A stretch of DNA of 64,000 nt. Origin: Phoronis australis. Its lineage: Eukaryota; Animalia; Phoronida. Position 1 is the first letter of the stretch. The number at the start of each line of letters is the position of its first letter. Of this stretch, positions 37,811-51,500 are shown piece by piece. The position numbers and the translations under genes were made by a program. Location of the stretch: contig NMRA01000259.1 in the NCBI GenBank assembly GCA_002633005.1, forward strand, positions 419,840 to 483,839, in the 5' to 3' direction. The notes under the pieces are model-generated. The model worked only from the letters and a program-made list of their open reading frames with translations, did no database searches and was not told the origin of the DNA.

Positions 37811-40800
37811 GTAAAGTGAGATTAGCTTTGCCCCAAAATCTGAATTGGGCGTCACTGGAAAAAACACACTGATTACTGTAAAATCTCTGTTTAATTTCAG
37901 ACAAAACTAGGTGCCTTGGTCTTTTTTCGTGTTTCAAAGGCTTTTTTAAACTGTTGTTTGTGTTCACAATTTCTCAAAAAATTGTCTAATGGTAGTTATG
38001 GTAACGTAAAATTGGCAGAAGGTTTCATTTGGTGCTTCTTGTCTTTGTAAGAAATATTTAAAGTTTCAGCCTTGTTGCAGTGCATGGTTTTTGTTTTTAA
38101 AGCCTTTAATACTAAATTGCCATTTCAAAACTAGCCCTAGTCGAGTGGTTATGGTAATTCTCCACTTAAGCAATAAAGATTATATGATTCATGCAGGTCC
38201 ATGTATATAACTAGTTATGAATATTTCCGCCGGACGTGCCCGGTTAAAACTTTGCATTGCGGGGACAGTTGTGATCCTTAGCTGTAATGTAAAGTTTTAA
38301 CTGTGTACATCCGGACGAAATATTCATAATGAGTCAAATTAATAATTAATATTACTAATTTCACAAAAAAATAATTGTCAAGAAAACTTTACCAAATGTT
38401 TTCTGACCTCTACACAGTAAACAAGGCTAGTAATTGACTAAGGTTTTCTGTGATTTTGTGAAGAAATTTAACAAACTAAGTCGCAGTACTGTTGCAGTTA
38501 CTGTTATTTGAATCAGAGCTTGAAGAATTATGCTTATGCCGGGGATATTGGTGTTCTTTCAATAACGAAAGTATGCCTGGCATTGACGGTGTTGCCGCTA
38601 TTGTAGAATATGAGACAGCTTATTGACACGATGCTGGTTTAGGAAATTATTGAGATTATGCCATGTTGACTGTTGACTTCTAATAATAATGACATTTCAG
38701 ATCCTACGAAAGGGTGCAGCGGATTTGGAATAGACATCACGTGTCAAGAGTAGACATTGTATTAGAGGAAGAAGCTTGTGTAAAGGGTAATTATGCCTCA
38801 ATCTGAATCTTGTATTGTAACATTTGAGTACATTTCAATGCAAGTGAGAACTGGATATCTGGGGGTCATTTCATCAAAGGCCATGTGCCCAATTGTAGTT
38901 AAAATCATTGTATCTTAATTTTCATCAACCCACACTCGTTGAATTTGTGTAGCATGAATATGGTCAATGGGTGAATTTACATTAACTGCAATATATTGCT
39001 CTTTTGAAGAGCACGTAGTTGTGTTTGCAGCCAAGCCTTTGCTTAGGACCATCAAAGCTACTACCTATGTTCTTCGATAAAGCAAAGACTTGGTGTAATA
39101 GCTGACTCAAGCTTTCCATTTTTCTGTCTTAGTCACATGCAGATATAAGTAATTAATATTTAGAATTTTGGTCTCAAACTTAAACTACGGTAAAAAATTC
39201 TTCAGCATGGGACATCGCAGAATTTTTACTACATGTATTTTTACAGGTCAACAGATGGGCTGGCAGAAAAGAGATTTTCTGGCAAATTATGTCTCTGAAT
39301 TTGTATAGGCAAAATACTGAACTGTAGTATCTTAATACTCAAGTATTTTCTTTATTCTAGTTAAAAATAGTTAATGTGTTCATTTCCTATCCTTGGTGTT
39401 AATATAAACATATATTACGTGAGTGTCAAAATGTGTTCTATTCTGTACAGTATGGCTCTGTCTAGCAAAAGTGTTCTATTCTATACAGTATGGCTCTGTC
39501 TGGCAAAATTTGCAATGAGAATTATGGGCATTATGCTTAGTATAAACTATTTTTGTTGCTTTGAATGTTTTGTTTAGAAATTTTGCCATGCTAATATAAT
39601 AAGCATTAATAAAGTTTGGATCAAACGCGTAAAATTCATGCAATTGGGAAACACCAGCTGCATAGTACAAAACGTCTCTTAAGACTTTAAGATGTGGACT
39701 CCAATGAATTGATGAGTAATAGTTCTGTGTAGGTAATGCAAAAATGTCCAGTGGGAAATTTGCTTTTGACGCAGTCTTAAAATTCTGTTGCCATGGTTGC
39801 ATTCTGTGGCATTATCTTTCTTACCGATTTTGAATCTGATGTAACCGGGACTGACACACACAGGTTTTGGATTTTGCAGACCCTGACAAGCCCGGTTAGG
39901 ATTTGTTGAGTTAAATTCAAGAATTAAATAAGCAGATGTCAGTAAATGGTGAGTCTGTCAGGGGAAAATCAACTGCTGTGTGAGAACCATCGCTTCAAGT
40001 TTATAGAAACTGGGGACAAATTTAGAGATTCCCGAATGCTGGGTACTAAATCTTGGTGGGCTTACGGGTTCACAACTGCGAGAACCACCTTGGTTGAATT
40101 TAGTGGAGCCGAAAATTTTGAATTTGTGCAACGCTTGGAAAAGTGTCTGAGCTCCTGAATAAAAGGCAGTTGCCATATTTTTATAGCGACCGTCACATGA
40201 CAAATCTGGCCAACGACAAGGCACCCTGTTAAAGTTCTTGGAATTCAGGGCCCAAGACCAAATGAGGTCAGGTTGAAATTGGAGAAGTAGCTAGGTCGGA
40301 CAATGACCAATAGATGTCATGCTAACACTGGGACTTAACTGATGAGACCATTCCTGTTACACTTATGTCAAAATTGTATGTAGTACTTCTCGTCATGTTT
40401 AAAGAAAGGACTGTTACCAATTAAGTAAACTAAAGTTTTAAGTGTGCCTTATTTTGTGTCCTGCACCATAAGACATTTGGTAATTACTGGAGAAACGCCA
40501 TTTTTTCTTTGTTCAGAACTTGTATTTTTTGATTTGTCATTGATATAGTCAAACCTTGTTACAATGTACACTGTTCAGAGCATTAACAACTGCATGATGT
40601 ACCGACTTCTAAGCCCTGCCTTTACTTAATGTTACCATGGTTACAACAATTTCTTGTCCCTTGATGTACAGTGCATTGTGACGAAGTTTGACTGTATACA
40701 ACATTCGTACAAATGGCTATAATAAAAATTAAGTTTGTTTAAACATTCTGTTATAGACCGTGTCGCATATTACGATGAGTACGGTGTCATATGCGATGTC

Positions 40801-42315
40801 ATTCAAAACCACTTGATGGAGCTGCTCGTTCTCGTTGCCATGGAGATGCCAAATGACATCACCAACAGTTCGGTTGTCCAACTGAACAAGCTCAATCTTC
40901 TTGGAGACATCCGTAGTCTCAATGAAGAGTCCGTGTTACTGGGTCAATACGAAGGCTACAGAGAAGAGGTTCTGCAACAGAACTCGAGTCAGACTCCAAG
41001 TGACACACCCACTTTTGCGACCATCTTGATGTTTGTTGACAATCCCAGGTGGCACGCTGTACCTTTTGTTTTGATGTCTGGAAAGAAACTGGGAGCAAGG
41101 GAAAGTTATATAAAACTACATTTTCGCGATGATTCTTACGATTTTAATAATGATATTTCAGGTTCGAGAAAAGACAAAGAAATCATATTCCAAATCAATG
41201 GCGGTACTGCAGATTTCCCTGCCATTTTTGTGTCGAATGAATTGGCCAGTCTTCTTAGTTTGAATGTGAACTACAAAATGACACGTGCTCAAGATTATGA
41301 TGTTATTTTTCCTGAGAAAAATGTGGATGCTTACTCCACTTTGATAAAGTCTGTGTACAAAGGGCACCAAGATCAATTTATCAACACTGAACATTTGTTG
41401 AAGTCGTGGAAAATCTGGACTCCTCTGCTATCTAAGATCAGTACACGAAAGCCCGTTATTTATCATGGTGGTAAGCATAGCAACAGAGATTTGCGGTTCA
41501 GAATCGAAGGGAGCTCACTGAAATTCTTAAGTAGTACACCGGCGACTACCCTAAAACTTGGCGACTTCAACGGTACGTATCGTGGAGACAGATTAATTAT
41601 GTCCTCTCTGTTGTCAAATGGGGGCGGCACAGACTTGACTTCAGTCTTGGAAGATGCTATTTTGTTGGCAGCTCAGAAGGCTGTCAGTGACAGAGGAACA
41701 TTTCATCTTGCCTTATCCGGTGGGAGCTCTCCACTCGGATTATTCAGAAAGCTTGCCGACTCCGTTAAGCCATTTCCTTGGAAAAACACACACATTTGGA
41801 TGGTGGATGAGAGATGCGTTCCGTACAACAACAGTTTGTCAAATTTCAAAGCATTGTGGGAAAATTTGTTGATGCACGTGCGAGTACCATATTGGAATGT
41901 GCATCCCATGCCAGTTGTCTCGTTAGCTGGTCTTTGCCTACCTTGGGAAGAACGGCAGTATGCAAACGAGATTAGTCACTACATTCCAGATTTAAGGTTC
42001 GACTTTATGCTCCTTGGTTTGGGGCATGATGGGCACACTGCTTCCATTTTCCCAGGAGAGACGCACAGAGCATTTGTCCCAGAAAACACAGTTTTCTACA
42101 GCTACTCTACCTCAGTGAAACGCATGTCGCTGTCGTACGAAATCATCAACAAATGTCGTGAGATTGGGGTGTTGGTAACTAGTAAAGGCAAGAGTGAAAT
42201 TTTGAAAACCATAGTTAACAGTGAGGACGTTAACAAGTACCCCATCACAGGCATTAGGCCAGTGAACGGGCAGTTAACATGGTATGTAGACACTGAGGCA
42301 TGGCTTGGGCGGTAG
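37161..42315 (+). CDS. H6PD: Hexose-6-phosphate dehydrogenase (ER-lumenal G6PD/6-phosphogluconolactonase fusion). Coding exons 37161-37810, 38701-38786, 40757-42315; 764 aa
   Basis: Signal-peptide-like N-terminus, GATGDLAKKYLW, EKPFG, RIDHYIGK, QNHL, SGKKL, then 6PGL motifs LSGGSSP, DER, GHDGHTASIFP; exons join in frame (2295 nt). Confidence 0.95.
38215..38329. mobile_element. Small foldback palindrome in H6PD intron
   Basis: TTATGAATATTTC..CCGGA..GTTAAAACTTT / AAAGTTTTAAC..TCCGG..GAAATATTCATAA. Confidence 0.65.
38701..38786 (+). CDS. H6PD: H6PD internal exon
   Basis: SYERVQRIWNRHHVSRVDIVLEEEACVK (WNR motif); phases fit neighbours. Confidence 0.9.
40757..42315 (+). CDS. H6PD: H6PD terminal coding exon (G6PD C-domain + 6PGL)
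   Basis: ctgttatag acceptor; long ORF ending WYVDTEAWLGR*. Confidence 0.95.
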
Positions 42316-42363
42316 GCAACAATTTATATTGATTGCGTGTTATGTAATGTGGATATATTTGGA

Positions 42364-42369
42364 AATAAA
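42364..42369 (+). terminator. Candidate polyadenylation signal of H6PD
   Basis: AATAAA about 50 nt after the stop codon. Confidence 0.45.
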
Positions 42370-45300
42370 AAAAAACATGTTCAATGTTTGGAAACTACAT
42401 TGAACATTTTTTTTAACTGGAAGGTTACACGATGATCGAAAACCTGTCATTGATCATTTTTCCTTATGTTTGAAGAAACTGGATGTAATGCACGTGATTG
42501 TGAAGTGTCAAGTATTTTGTAAACAAATATGTTCTACAAAGATACCTCAACACAAGTGGCCATTGCTGCTTGTATTAGTGTACATTTTTTATTTATCATA
42601 ATTTGTTTTTTTCATTCTTGCCTTAAATAGTCAATAATACCTCAACTTGAAACTTTACAAAATAAGCTTTAAAGCTGTTTTTTTAAATTCAAAAACTTAT
42701 AATTTTTACATCAGTTTGGAGAACTGTGTATAAGGCATAATACCTGAAAGTTTCATGTAAATCAGGTCAGCCGTTTCCGAGATATGATGTTTCAAACTTG
42801 GACATTTTCTGAGGTTTTACATGACCGTAAAATTCTTTAATGAATGTGCATAATCTTGACTCATGCTGTTTACATTCCGATGTTTAAACTATTGTTGTTC
42901 ATTGTTATGTTTTAATAATATAATTCAAATTATTGTAAATAAGAGTGCATTGTTATACATTTCATGATGCAATCTTTGGGTATTTCAGAGATTATAAACT
43001 AAACATGTTATTATCGTCAGCTAGAAAAAGTGAAAACAAACATTTTGTTAGGCAACCCTAATCTTAATACCACCAGCTTACTATGTTCGGTCATGAAATC
43101 GCAAGTCATCAGTTGAACTAAGACTTGATCTTCGCATGGGAATTTTGAGTCCCAAATAGGTGACTGTGCTGGGTACTTAGGACTGACCATCGTAGCCGCG
43201 TACGTGCATTACAATTCCTGGCTCCTGAATCTGTTGTGTTATTATCAACAAGTACAGAATACAGTCACGTAATTCATGTGAAATTTACACACTGAAAGGT
43301 GTAGATTTCTCGTCTTTCTACAAAACAAAGAATTTTCCCAACTTTAGTCCTCTTCACTGTAATTCTGAAATTGGTAACGATCACTTGCAGGAGTCCTGCA
43401 ACCAGTTTCTCCAGTTGGTACTGTGCATGAACCTGGTTCTCAAAATCCAGGACCCTGTAAAGTGACTAATGTCCAGAAACTCGAGTGTTTTCCAAAATAC
43501 TAAGTTTATTTACGAAAGTTCTACCACAAAACAATTTGTTTGGTTTAATGTAAATGCATGTTGTCAATTGCCTCTGTCTGAGTAAGCAGGTTTAGGATGT
43601 TCTGTTCGTGACTGAACACCTTACAGGCTCTTTTGACAGAACCCAGTAAAGCCGTTTGTTATCACTTGCAGCAGAATTGTTTTGTGCAAAAATCCTGCTT
43701 TAATTAGTCTTACACACCAATTTACAAAAAAAATGACATTGGATGTTATGATGTACATGCAGTCGTGTTTAAGGTAATTGAGTGTTGCGACAGTATTTCA
43801 GCAAATAACTGTTTACAGTCCATTGTTGGTCTGTTAATTTATGTACTGTTCAAATTCTCAATAGCTTAAAACTTCACCCTGAAACTTGACATATTTACAT
43901 GACTGCAATATACTTAACAAAGGAGACAAATGCCATTAATGACTTCAGTTGTATATTTCATACAAATGCTCACAAAGGCGATACAAATCACTAGAAATCC
44001 CACCTTTTAAATCTACACAGTAAAGTTAACTAAAAACTGTCCACCAAATGTACAATAACGACGTGTCAAAATCTAATTAAAATAGCTGGTTATGCACAAT
44101 CTCCACTAGGAAATCAAAACAGCAAAGTTCTGTTAACTTATGATCAGGGTTAACAAAAAACAATCTAATGTTAATTTTGGGGCCACGTGGTCTTAAACAA
44201 TCTCACACGAGACCTATACAGTCTCTTAATGCTTTTTGAAGTATAAAAAATAAAGATTGCATATACATGAAATATATTATTAAAGAGGATTACTTTAGCA
44301 AATACTTCAAAAAAAAAACTAGTAAATGCGCCTACAAAGTCATGAAAATTCCAGTCCATAGAAACATGTTTTTAGATGCATAATCAGTTTATTTTTCTCG
44401 CCAAGAACGTCCCGGTAAGGAGGGGAAGCCTTCATTTACACTGCTTGCGCATCTTACAGATGACAACTAGTTTGGTGATTTTGTTTGCCAGCACACTGGA
44501 TATATTCGACTGATATGTAATAAAGATTAACATTCCCGACTGATAGTTAAATTATCCACCAATGTAAAGCCGTTATATCAAGACACTACACGTTAACGGG
44601 TACTTGCAACGGCCAATCCTCGATTATTGAATTTCAATTTCTCGGCAACAGAGGCCATCCTCCCCTAAAAGTGGAACATGCAGTATTGCTAGCAAAAAAT
44701 AACCCGAACCTCAAATTGTCATTCTGGCAATATCCTCACTTAAAATAACATTTCCATCTTGTTGACTTTCAAGTAAATTGCAAGTCATAAGAGACGCCTA
44801 AAACCACAATGAATTCTGCATATGGTCAGCTGCCATTAGGAGGAATCCCACATCATTTTGTCTTTTCACTTTTGGACTGTATTGTGAAGTTCATTCCGAC
44901 AACTAAAGCATGGAAACACACCTCAGTGAGCTAACTTGGAAACAAATTTTTGCGTTCCATCCAAGAAGTGAACTTTTCAATATTTGGATGACTGACCATT
45001 ACGAAAATCGTCTCACCTTGTTCCTTACAAACACAAGAAAAAGCTTCTGGCTTTGCAAAATAGAGACAGTTTGTATAAAATGACACAGCACGACAAGCCA
45101 ACCTGTAGCACCCAATCTCGAGCAATATCGAACTAACAATTCTTTCCAAGCCCACAAATCGTCTCAAATTTCACTAATGAACAATCTGAGACTGACTTCA
45201 CAACAGTGAGGCACTTAATCGAAAGTCGATTTTTGAGATGGAAAGCATTTTTACAACCACTTTAATTAAAGTTTTAAGAACAATGAAATATCATATGGTA

Positions 45301-45496
45301 TCGCAGAAGTAAAAAGTGATGAAAATTAACATTAAAAGTGATCCAATTACTATCGACAATATCAATTTTGCAAAAAAACAGAAAGTTGGTATCCCTTTAG
45401 AGATTGATCAAACATGTGCAGAGCCATAGCAACGGTTACGATTTCAAAATAGTAAGTACGTCATCTACAAAATCTTGAAATCTTGGCAAGCCAGAG

Positions 45497-45579
45497 CTAG
45501 GTCTTCTCCATTCTGTACAAGTGATAGTCAACTTCCTGACGTAGTACGCCACTCAAGACGAACTCGGCATTAAATACAC
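45497..45579 (-). CDS. PAXIP1: PAXIP1 terminal coding exon
   Basis: [27 protein letters not shown]. Confidence 0.85.
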
Positions 45580-48500
45580 CTGAAAAACAAGATGAACAAC
45601 GAAAAATTTTAATCACGCAGGTTGTTGTTTTCAGTACTTGATATCGGTATCAAATAGACAACATTGTTATCCATAGGAGGAGCAATAATATGCAAGTATT
45701 CAATTCTACTGGAATAAGTTTCCTTAGAAAAAAATGATCTATTGCAAGTTCTACTGTTTTGAAGAGACGATAATGGCTTTTTACTTTCAGTGTGGATTTT
45801 AAATTTTTGGTATATTCAGTAAAACAGATACCACTTTTCGTGATGAGTAATTCCAGTAAACCATTTCATCAAACCACCACTTCAATAAGTCAATAAAATA
45901 CTTAGTTATTGTTTTGAAAAAGTACATGAACAGCTGATATTTATGAATATCATTGCATATTCTTTAGACATTGAAGTCTGCATCGTTCACACAATGTTCC
46001 GTGCCCAAACCTTGCACGTCACGTGCACAAAAACAAAAACACAAGATGAATTTATATTTTCCATTTACATCAATATCTTGCAACTTAAGTTCGTAACAAC
46101 AAACACAACAGTCTTCTGGCATGGGGACACCATCTCCTTAAAGAAGTTGGAAGGCATGTCCTTTTTGTAAACTAATTATGTAATGACATACTGTTACAAA
46201 TTCTACAGAATGCCTTGTGAACAACACTATTAACTTAAAGGAACATACCTATATTTTTAGCGAAATAGTCCTTGCACAAATGGATGTCGTTGTCAGTGGT
46301 GATGATGATATATGTCTGCTCACCCTACAATAGAATGTGAACATGTCGAAACGTGAAAAACCCAATGCTCACACAAGGCATTTCACAACACATTTTTTTC
46401 AAGCCCTAATATCTGAACACTCGATTGGTATGTAGCCATCAACTAGAATACTAACTACACACAAAATGCATTTTACAACACATTTTCAAGACAAAACATA
46501 CAAAGACTTACTGCATTTGAATTTCGACGAGGAAAAATATAAACCTAGTATTCAAGAGCAGCTCACTGGTTTATTCTCCCAACATTGTGCAACCTAAGCT
46601 TCCTTACACTGGGAAATGAACCTTCTTAATTTCCAATAAAAGCAACGTTGGGAGAATAGACAAGTAAATTAATTCACCTCGGTGATTGACAATGGCATTA
46701 TTCAGATCTTTTGTTCAGTTACGCACCAGAGATATTGGGAGCTTAAGCACATGCAGTGACTGCTCTCAGATGGCTGAAGATCAACTCTGTGGGTCTATAC
46801 TTACACTTTCAGAGGGTGCATTGGTGAATTGTCGAGAGGCCTACACCACATTAAGACTAAATGTACTGGGAATATATGTCTTGTAAATAAATGTCTTGAG
46901 GTCACAAATACAGTAAAACTCGCATACCGTATTCGAATATAACCGGACTGAGCAATTTTATGGGAGTAGGGTGAAATCTGAGATATACGAAGGACCAAGT
47001 GCACGCACTATGACAAGTGAAGAGCAGACACTATGACAACTGAAGTGCAGGGCATTGTCAAGAGTAAAATAACACATGCATGCCCGACTTATACCACTTT
47101 AATACAACCCATCAGGGCTTGGAATGAACAATGACGAAAAAAATTTCCAAGTGATGCATTGTTCCACAAATAGACATGAGTGAAAGAAATATTTTTTGTG
47201 TTGTAAAACTGAAATAAACGTTTTTGCATGTCAAATAAAATCAAAATAATGATAAAAAGAGGAAAAAAGAGGAAACGGATATCAATAAGAGGAAATCAGA
47301 ATAATCCTCTTAAAAGAGGAAAATACAAGTTCTCACCGTTGCATTTAGCTACAGTCAGCTAGCTGTTCTGCAACGTAATAGCTTGGAACAAATTTTGCAC
47401 AACATAAAATGCCTTCACCATGGAATAAGGTATACAACACTTGGTTATGACTAAAAGCACCAAAACATTTTCAGAAAGTCTGATCAAACGCTTCACGCAA
47501 CAAGAATCACTGAACAGACTATTCCCAACCTAATCAGATAGTGAAATATTGGAATATTCCTCTCACCTTCTCATTTTTGCCATTGGCCACTGTTCTAGCT
47601 GCTGGTTTGTTCTTGACCAGACGGCCTCCTGCATTCTCAATTACTTCCCTCATCACGCTACGTGACGGTTGCACACCAGGGGTCAAGTAAAATGTGAAGT
47701 TCTGCAAAGAGACATCAAATGCATGGATGCGTTTAAATAGACATGCAGCGCCACCTAGCTCATCTTCAAATGGAACACATTTTGAACTGCGTGAAAGCTT
47801 ACAAAAACGGCATATTCGTTTACTTGCATATCGATGGTTTGGCCAAAAACCAAAATTATCATTTGGACGTTTTAAATAGTGAATTATTCGACATCATATG
47901 CAGTTCAAGACGTAAGGTAGTGTATACAATCTTTCTTGTGCAAATGCTTTTGAATTTTACACACAAAGGAAGCCGACTGAAGTGTATAAAATTTGTTGTT
48001 TTCGAATATCGAGTTGCACCCACACAAGTAATGATTTTTCTCTTTCCGTCCCAAATACATTTTCCCTTAAATAAGTGACATTTCGAAGACTGTTTTTGTT
48101 AAAAGTCGAACTGCCTAATTCAAGACCTGGATTCCTACACAATGCATAATGCCCTCCACACAGATACAACAGCACTTACTGTAACTTCATAAACTTTACC
48201 TCAAACAATTTTCTGGATTTCGCACGAGTCAACGATTCTCGAATATTACAACCAAGCTGACCTTCACCTTTCTTGTCAGATAAAAGATAGCGGTCTTCAT
48301 CTGAAAGCACGATGGAATCTTGAACATTGAAATATTAGACTTTCTTAGTTACACACCAGGGCTGGCTTGCATAAAACTTCCGTAATGATAAGCACGTTTT
48401 GCGCGTGGTACACAAGTTTGGAATACCAGGGGAATAAGCACAGAACTGCCGAGGCAAATACTTTCTTTGAGAAAGACATTACCTACATGTTTAAAATATA

Positions 48501-51500
48501 GGAATGTGTCCCTTGACTTGAATTTTCACATAAGTATGACAAACCCTGCTAATGTATTAGCCAAGTGTGGTAGTGTTTACAACTCAACTGCAAAATCAAA
48601 CACACATTGCGTAGATGCAAGACGTGATTACGTGTGTTGCTTGCAATGCAAGACTTGCGTAATCTCGCTTTTCATAAGAAACATGCTCTAAAGAAGCAGC
48701 CCAGTAAAGCGATTGTAAAATATTACACAAACATATTACAAACTATGAATTCATACCATATTCACAAACCTTACCTAAAAATCTGCCTTGGGCGACACTG
48801 TCTTCAATCCAATCGCCGCCGACTATAAACCGGCAACAGCTGATGCATGTGAGAAACTTGACCGTTCTACACACCTGAGGGGCTATCAGGTGGGTGCACT
48901 CACTGGAACACGAGGCCAGCTCACCACCAAGCCTTCTCACCCCCTGCAATGAATTAATTCTATGTTAATTCTATGCATTCAATTGCCATTATAGTGGAGC
49001 CTGCTTAATGTCATACACTCAATCTAGACATAAATTATGATAATGAATGAAACTATTGACTTCTTCCCCTAGAGCTGAGCTGCGACCAGGCAAATGAATA
49101 AAGTTTGTCTTTAGATGGATAAATGAAGATGCTCAAGCTATACACAGTTAAGACTCGTTTTTGCTAATCTTAAAGGCAATTTAGGGAATTCGGCAATAAA
49201 ACATCATATTGTGAGGGTGAATTTACACAAGTTTAACCGGGACATTCTATTATCAAGTATAACATTAAATGAGCTCCACTGTATCACATTAAGTACTGCA
49301 CTAGGATAGGAGAGCTGGCTTGAACCCCCCTTATGTCAAAACACTTTTGATTTGGGACAGTCCTTAACTCATATCAGCAATGCTCTCAAGCAATAACAAC
49401 AGTCAGTTCCTCAAAAACCTCTGAACCACTTCCAATCTAAGTAAGGAACAAGTTGAAACTAGGTTTACAACACTAAGCAATCTAAGTAAGAAGTTTGATA
49501 GTATGCAGCACGTAAGTTTACAGAGCCCTTAATAGAAGAATGTTTGTTGCATTACATAGAGGTGATGTCAACCTAAAAGAATGTAACTTCACCCCCCAAG
49601 CCATCTAACGATTTTTCACTTATTAAACATCATCTAATGATTTTTCACTTATTAAACATCCTTCAAAAGTCATGTTGAACCACAATACTTCCATGGTATG
49701 ACTTAGTTTTATCAGAACTTTTATTTTGAATTCTTAATTACCAGCTCAGTTACCATCTGGGGTCTGTTTCATAAAAAATGACTTATGACTTATGACTTGG
49801 TCTTATGCTCAACACAACTATTTCGGAAAAAGTAATTAAATCTCACTAGAGCAAAAATGCTAGGACTGAGAACATACATACAATTGCTAATTACTGAGAT
49901 AATTTCTATAAATTATTTCTAGAGTTTGATGCACTCAAAAGTACTTCATGACTAAACCTTCAATTCGGTAATCGTGAAGTGGAAATTTAAGACCAAATCT
50001 CATCTTAAGTCAGCCCAAGAATCTCTCAATGTTTCTTCTTAGTAAAGGCTACAAATAACGTTAGAAAAAAAAACAGATAGATCCAGATCTCGTTCAAATG
50101 AAATCAGAATGTTTTATGCACAGTTCGAAATGTTGTTTGAAATCGTTTTCGAAATGTTTTACTTTGGCATAAGATGCTATAAAAAATTTGGATTTTGATT
50201 TTTGGTTGCAGCGAAAAATCATTAAAATCGAATACTACACCCTTTGTTCTAGCAGAAAACAATCCTACCTTCACCAAGTTAATTTCCATAGTTTTGAAGA
50301 AATTTGGCTAAATGTACAGACTTGTAGTTACAATTACTCAAAACCTTAAGCCTGGGATCTATCATACCGAGGAAAGGGTAATGTCAAGATCCAGAAACAA
50401 TACTGCTGAACGCACAACCATGTAAAGTGTATCTTGTACATTGACTATCATTTCCAGTTGGTAACAAAGCACAAAATATCAGACTGTGATGCAGTCTTAG
50501 GAACTTCAGTGACTGCAAACTAGACAGACCATTATCACTAATTTGAGTAGGACAGTCCATCAAAAGAGTGAAAACAGAAAAACGAGAGCGCTCGGAGGAG
50601 CGACACTTGGCGGAACTAATCGAAAAGACGACGATGAGGGAGACGACGACAATCAAGACGATCACTGCGGCAATTATGAATAACACGATAACACGATAAC
50701 ATTCATGTGACTAGCGAAGAAATCAAATAGAGAGCAGACAATCAACTACAATAAAGAACAATAGATGGCCCAGCATGACGGACGAGTCATGTCTGTTCCC
50801 ACATTCTAAAATAGGTGGCGCTATGTGACAGTCTGCAAAGCAAAGTTATGTTTACAATAANNNNNNNNNNNNNNNNNNNNNNNNNNNNNNNNNNNNNNNN
50901 NNNNNNNNNNNNNNNNNNNNNNNNNNNNNNNNNNNNNNNNNNNNNNNNNNNNNNNNNNNNNNNNNNNNNNNNNNNNNNNNNNNNNNNNNNNNNNNNNNNN
51001 NNNNNNNNNNNNNNNNNNNNNNNNNNNNNNNNNNNNNNNNNNNNNNNNNNNNNNNNNNNNNNNNNNNNNNNNNNNNNNNNNNNNNNNNNNNNNNNNNNNN
51101 NNNNNNNNNNNNNNNNNNNNNNNNNNNNNNNNNNNNNNNNNNNNNNNNNNNNNNNNNNNNNNNNNNNNNNNNNNNNNNNNNNNNNNNNNNNNNNNNNNNN
51201 NNNNNNNNNNNNNNNNNNNNNNNNNNNNNNNNNNNNNNNNNNNNNNNNNNNNNNNNNNNNNNNNNNNNNNNNNNNNNNNNNNNNNNNNNNNNNNNNNNNN
51301 NNNNNNNNNNNNNNNNNNNNNNNNNNNNNNNNNNNNNNNNNNNNNNNNNNNNNNNNNNNNNNNNNNNNNNNNNNNNNNNNNNNNNNNNNNNNNNNNNNNN
51401 NNNNNNNNNNNNNNNNNNNNNNNNNNNNNNNNNNNNNNNNNNNNNNNNAAGGAATCCACATGCAAAAATTCACGTCATTTGCTCTTCCCATAAAAAATGC

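Noticed and set aside
46235-46250. TTAAAGGAAC as a Kolobok terminus
   Set aside because: Overlaps a PAXIP1 splice donor and no partner TIR was found.
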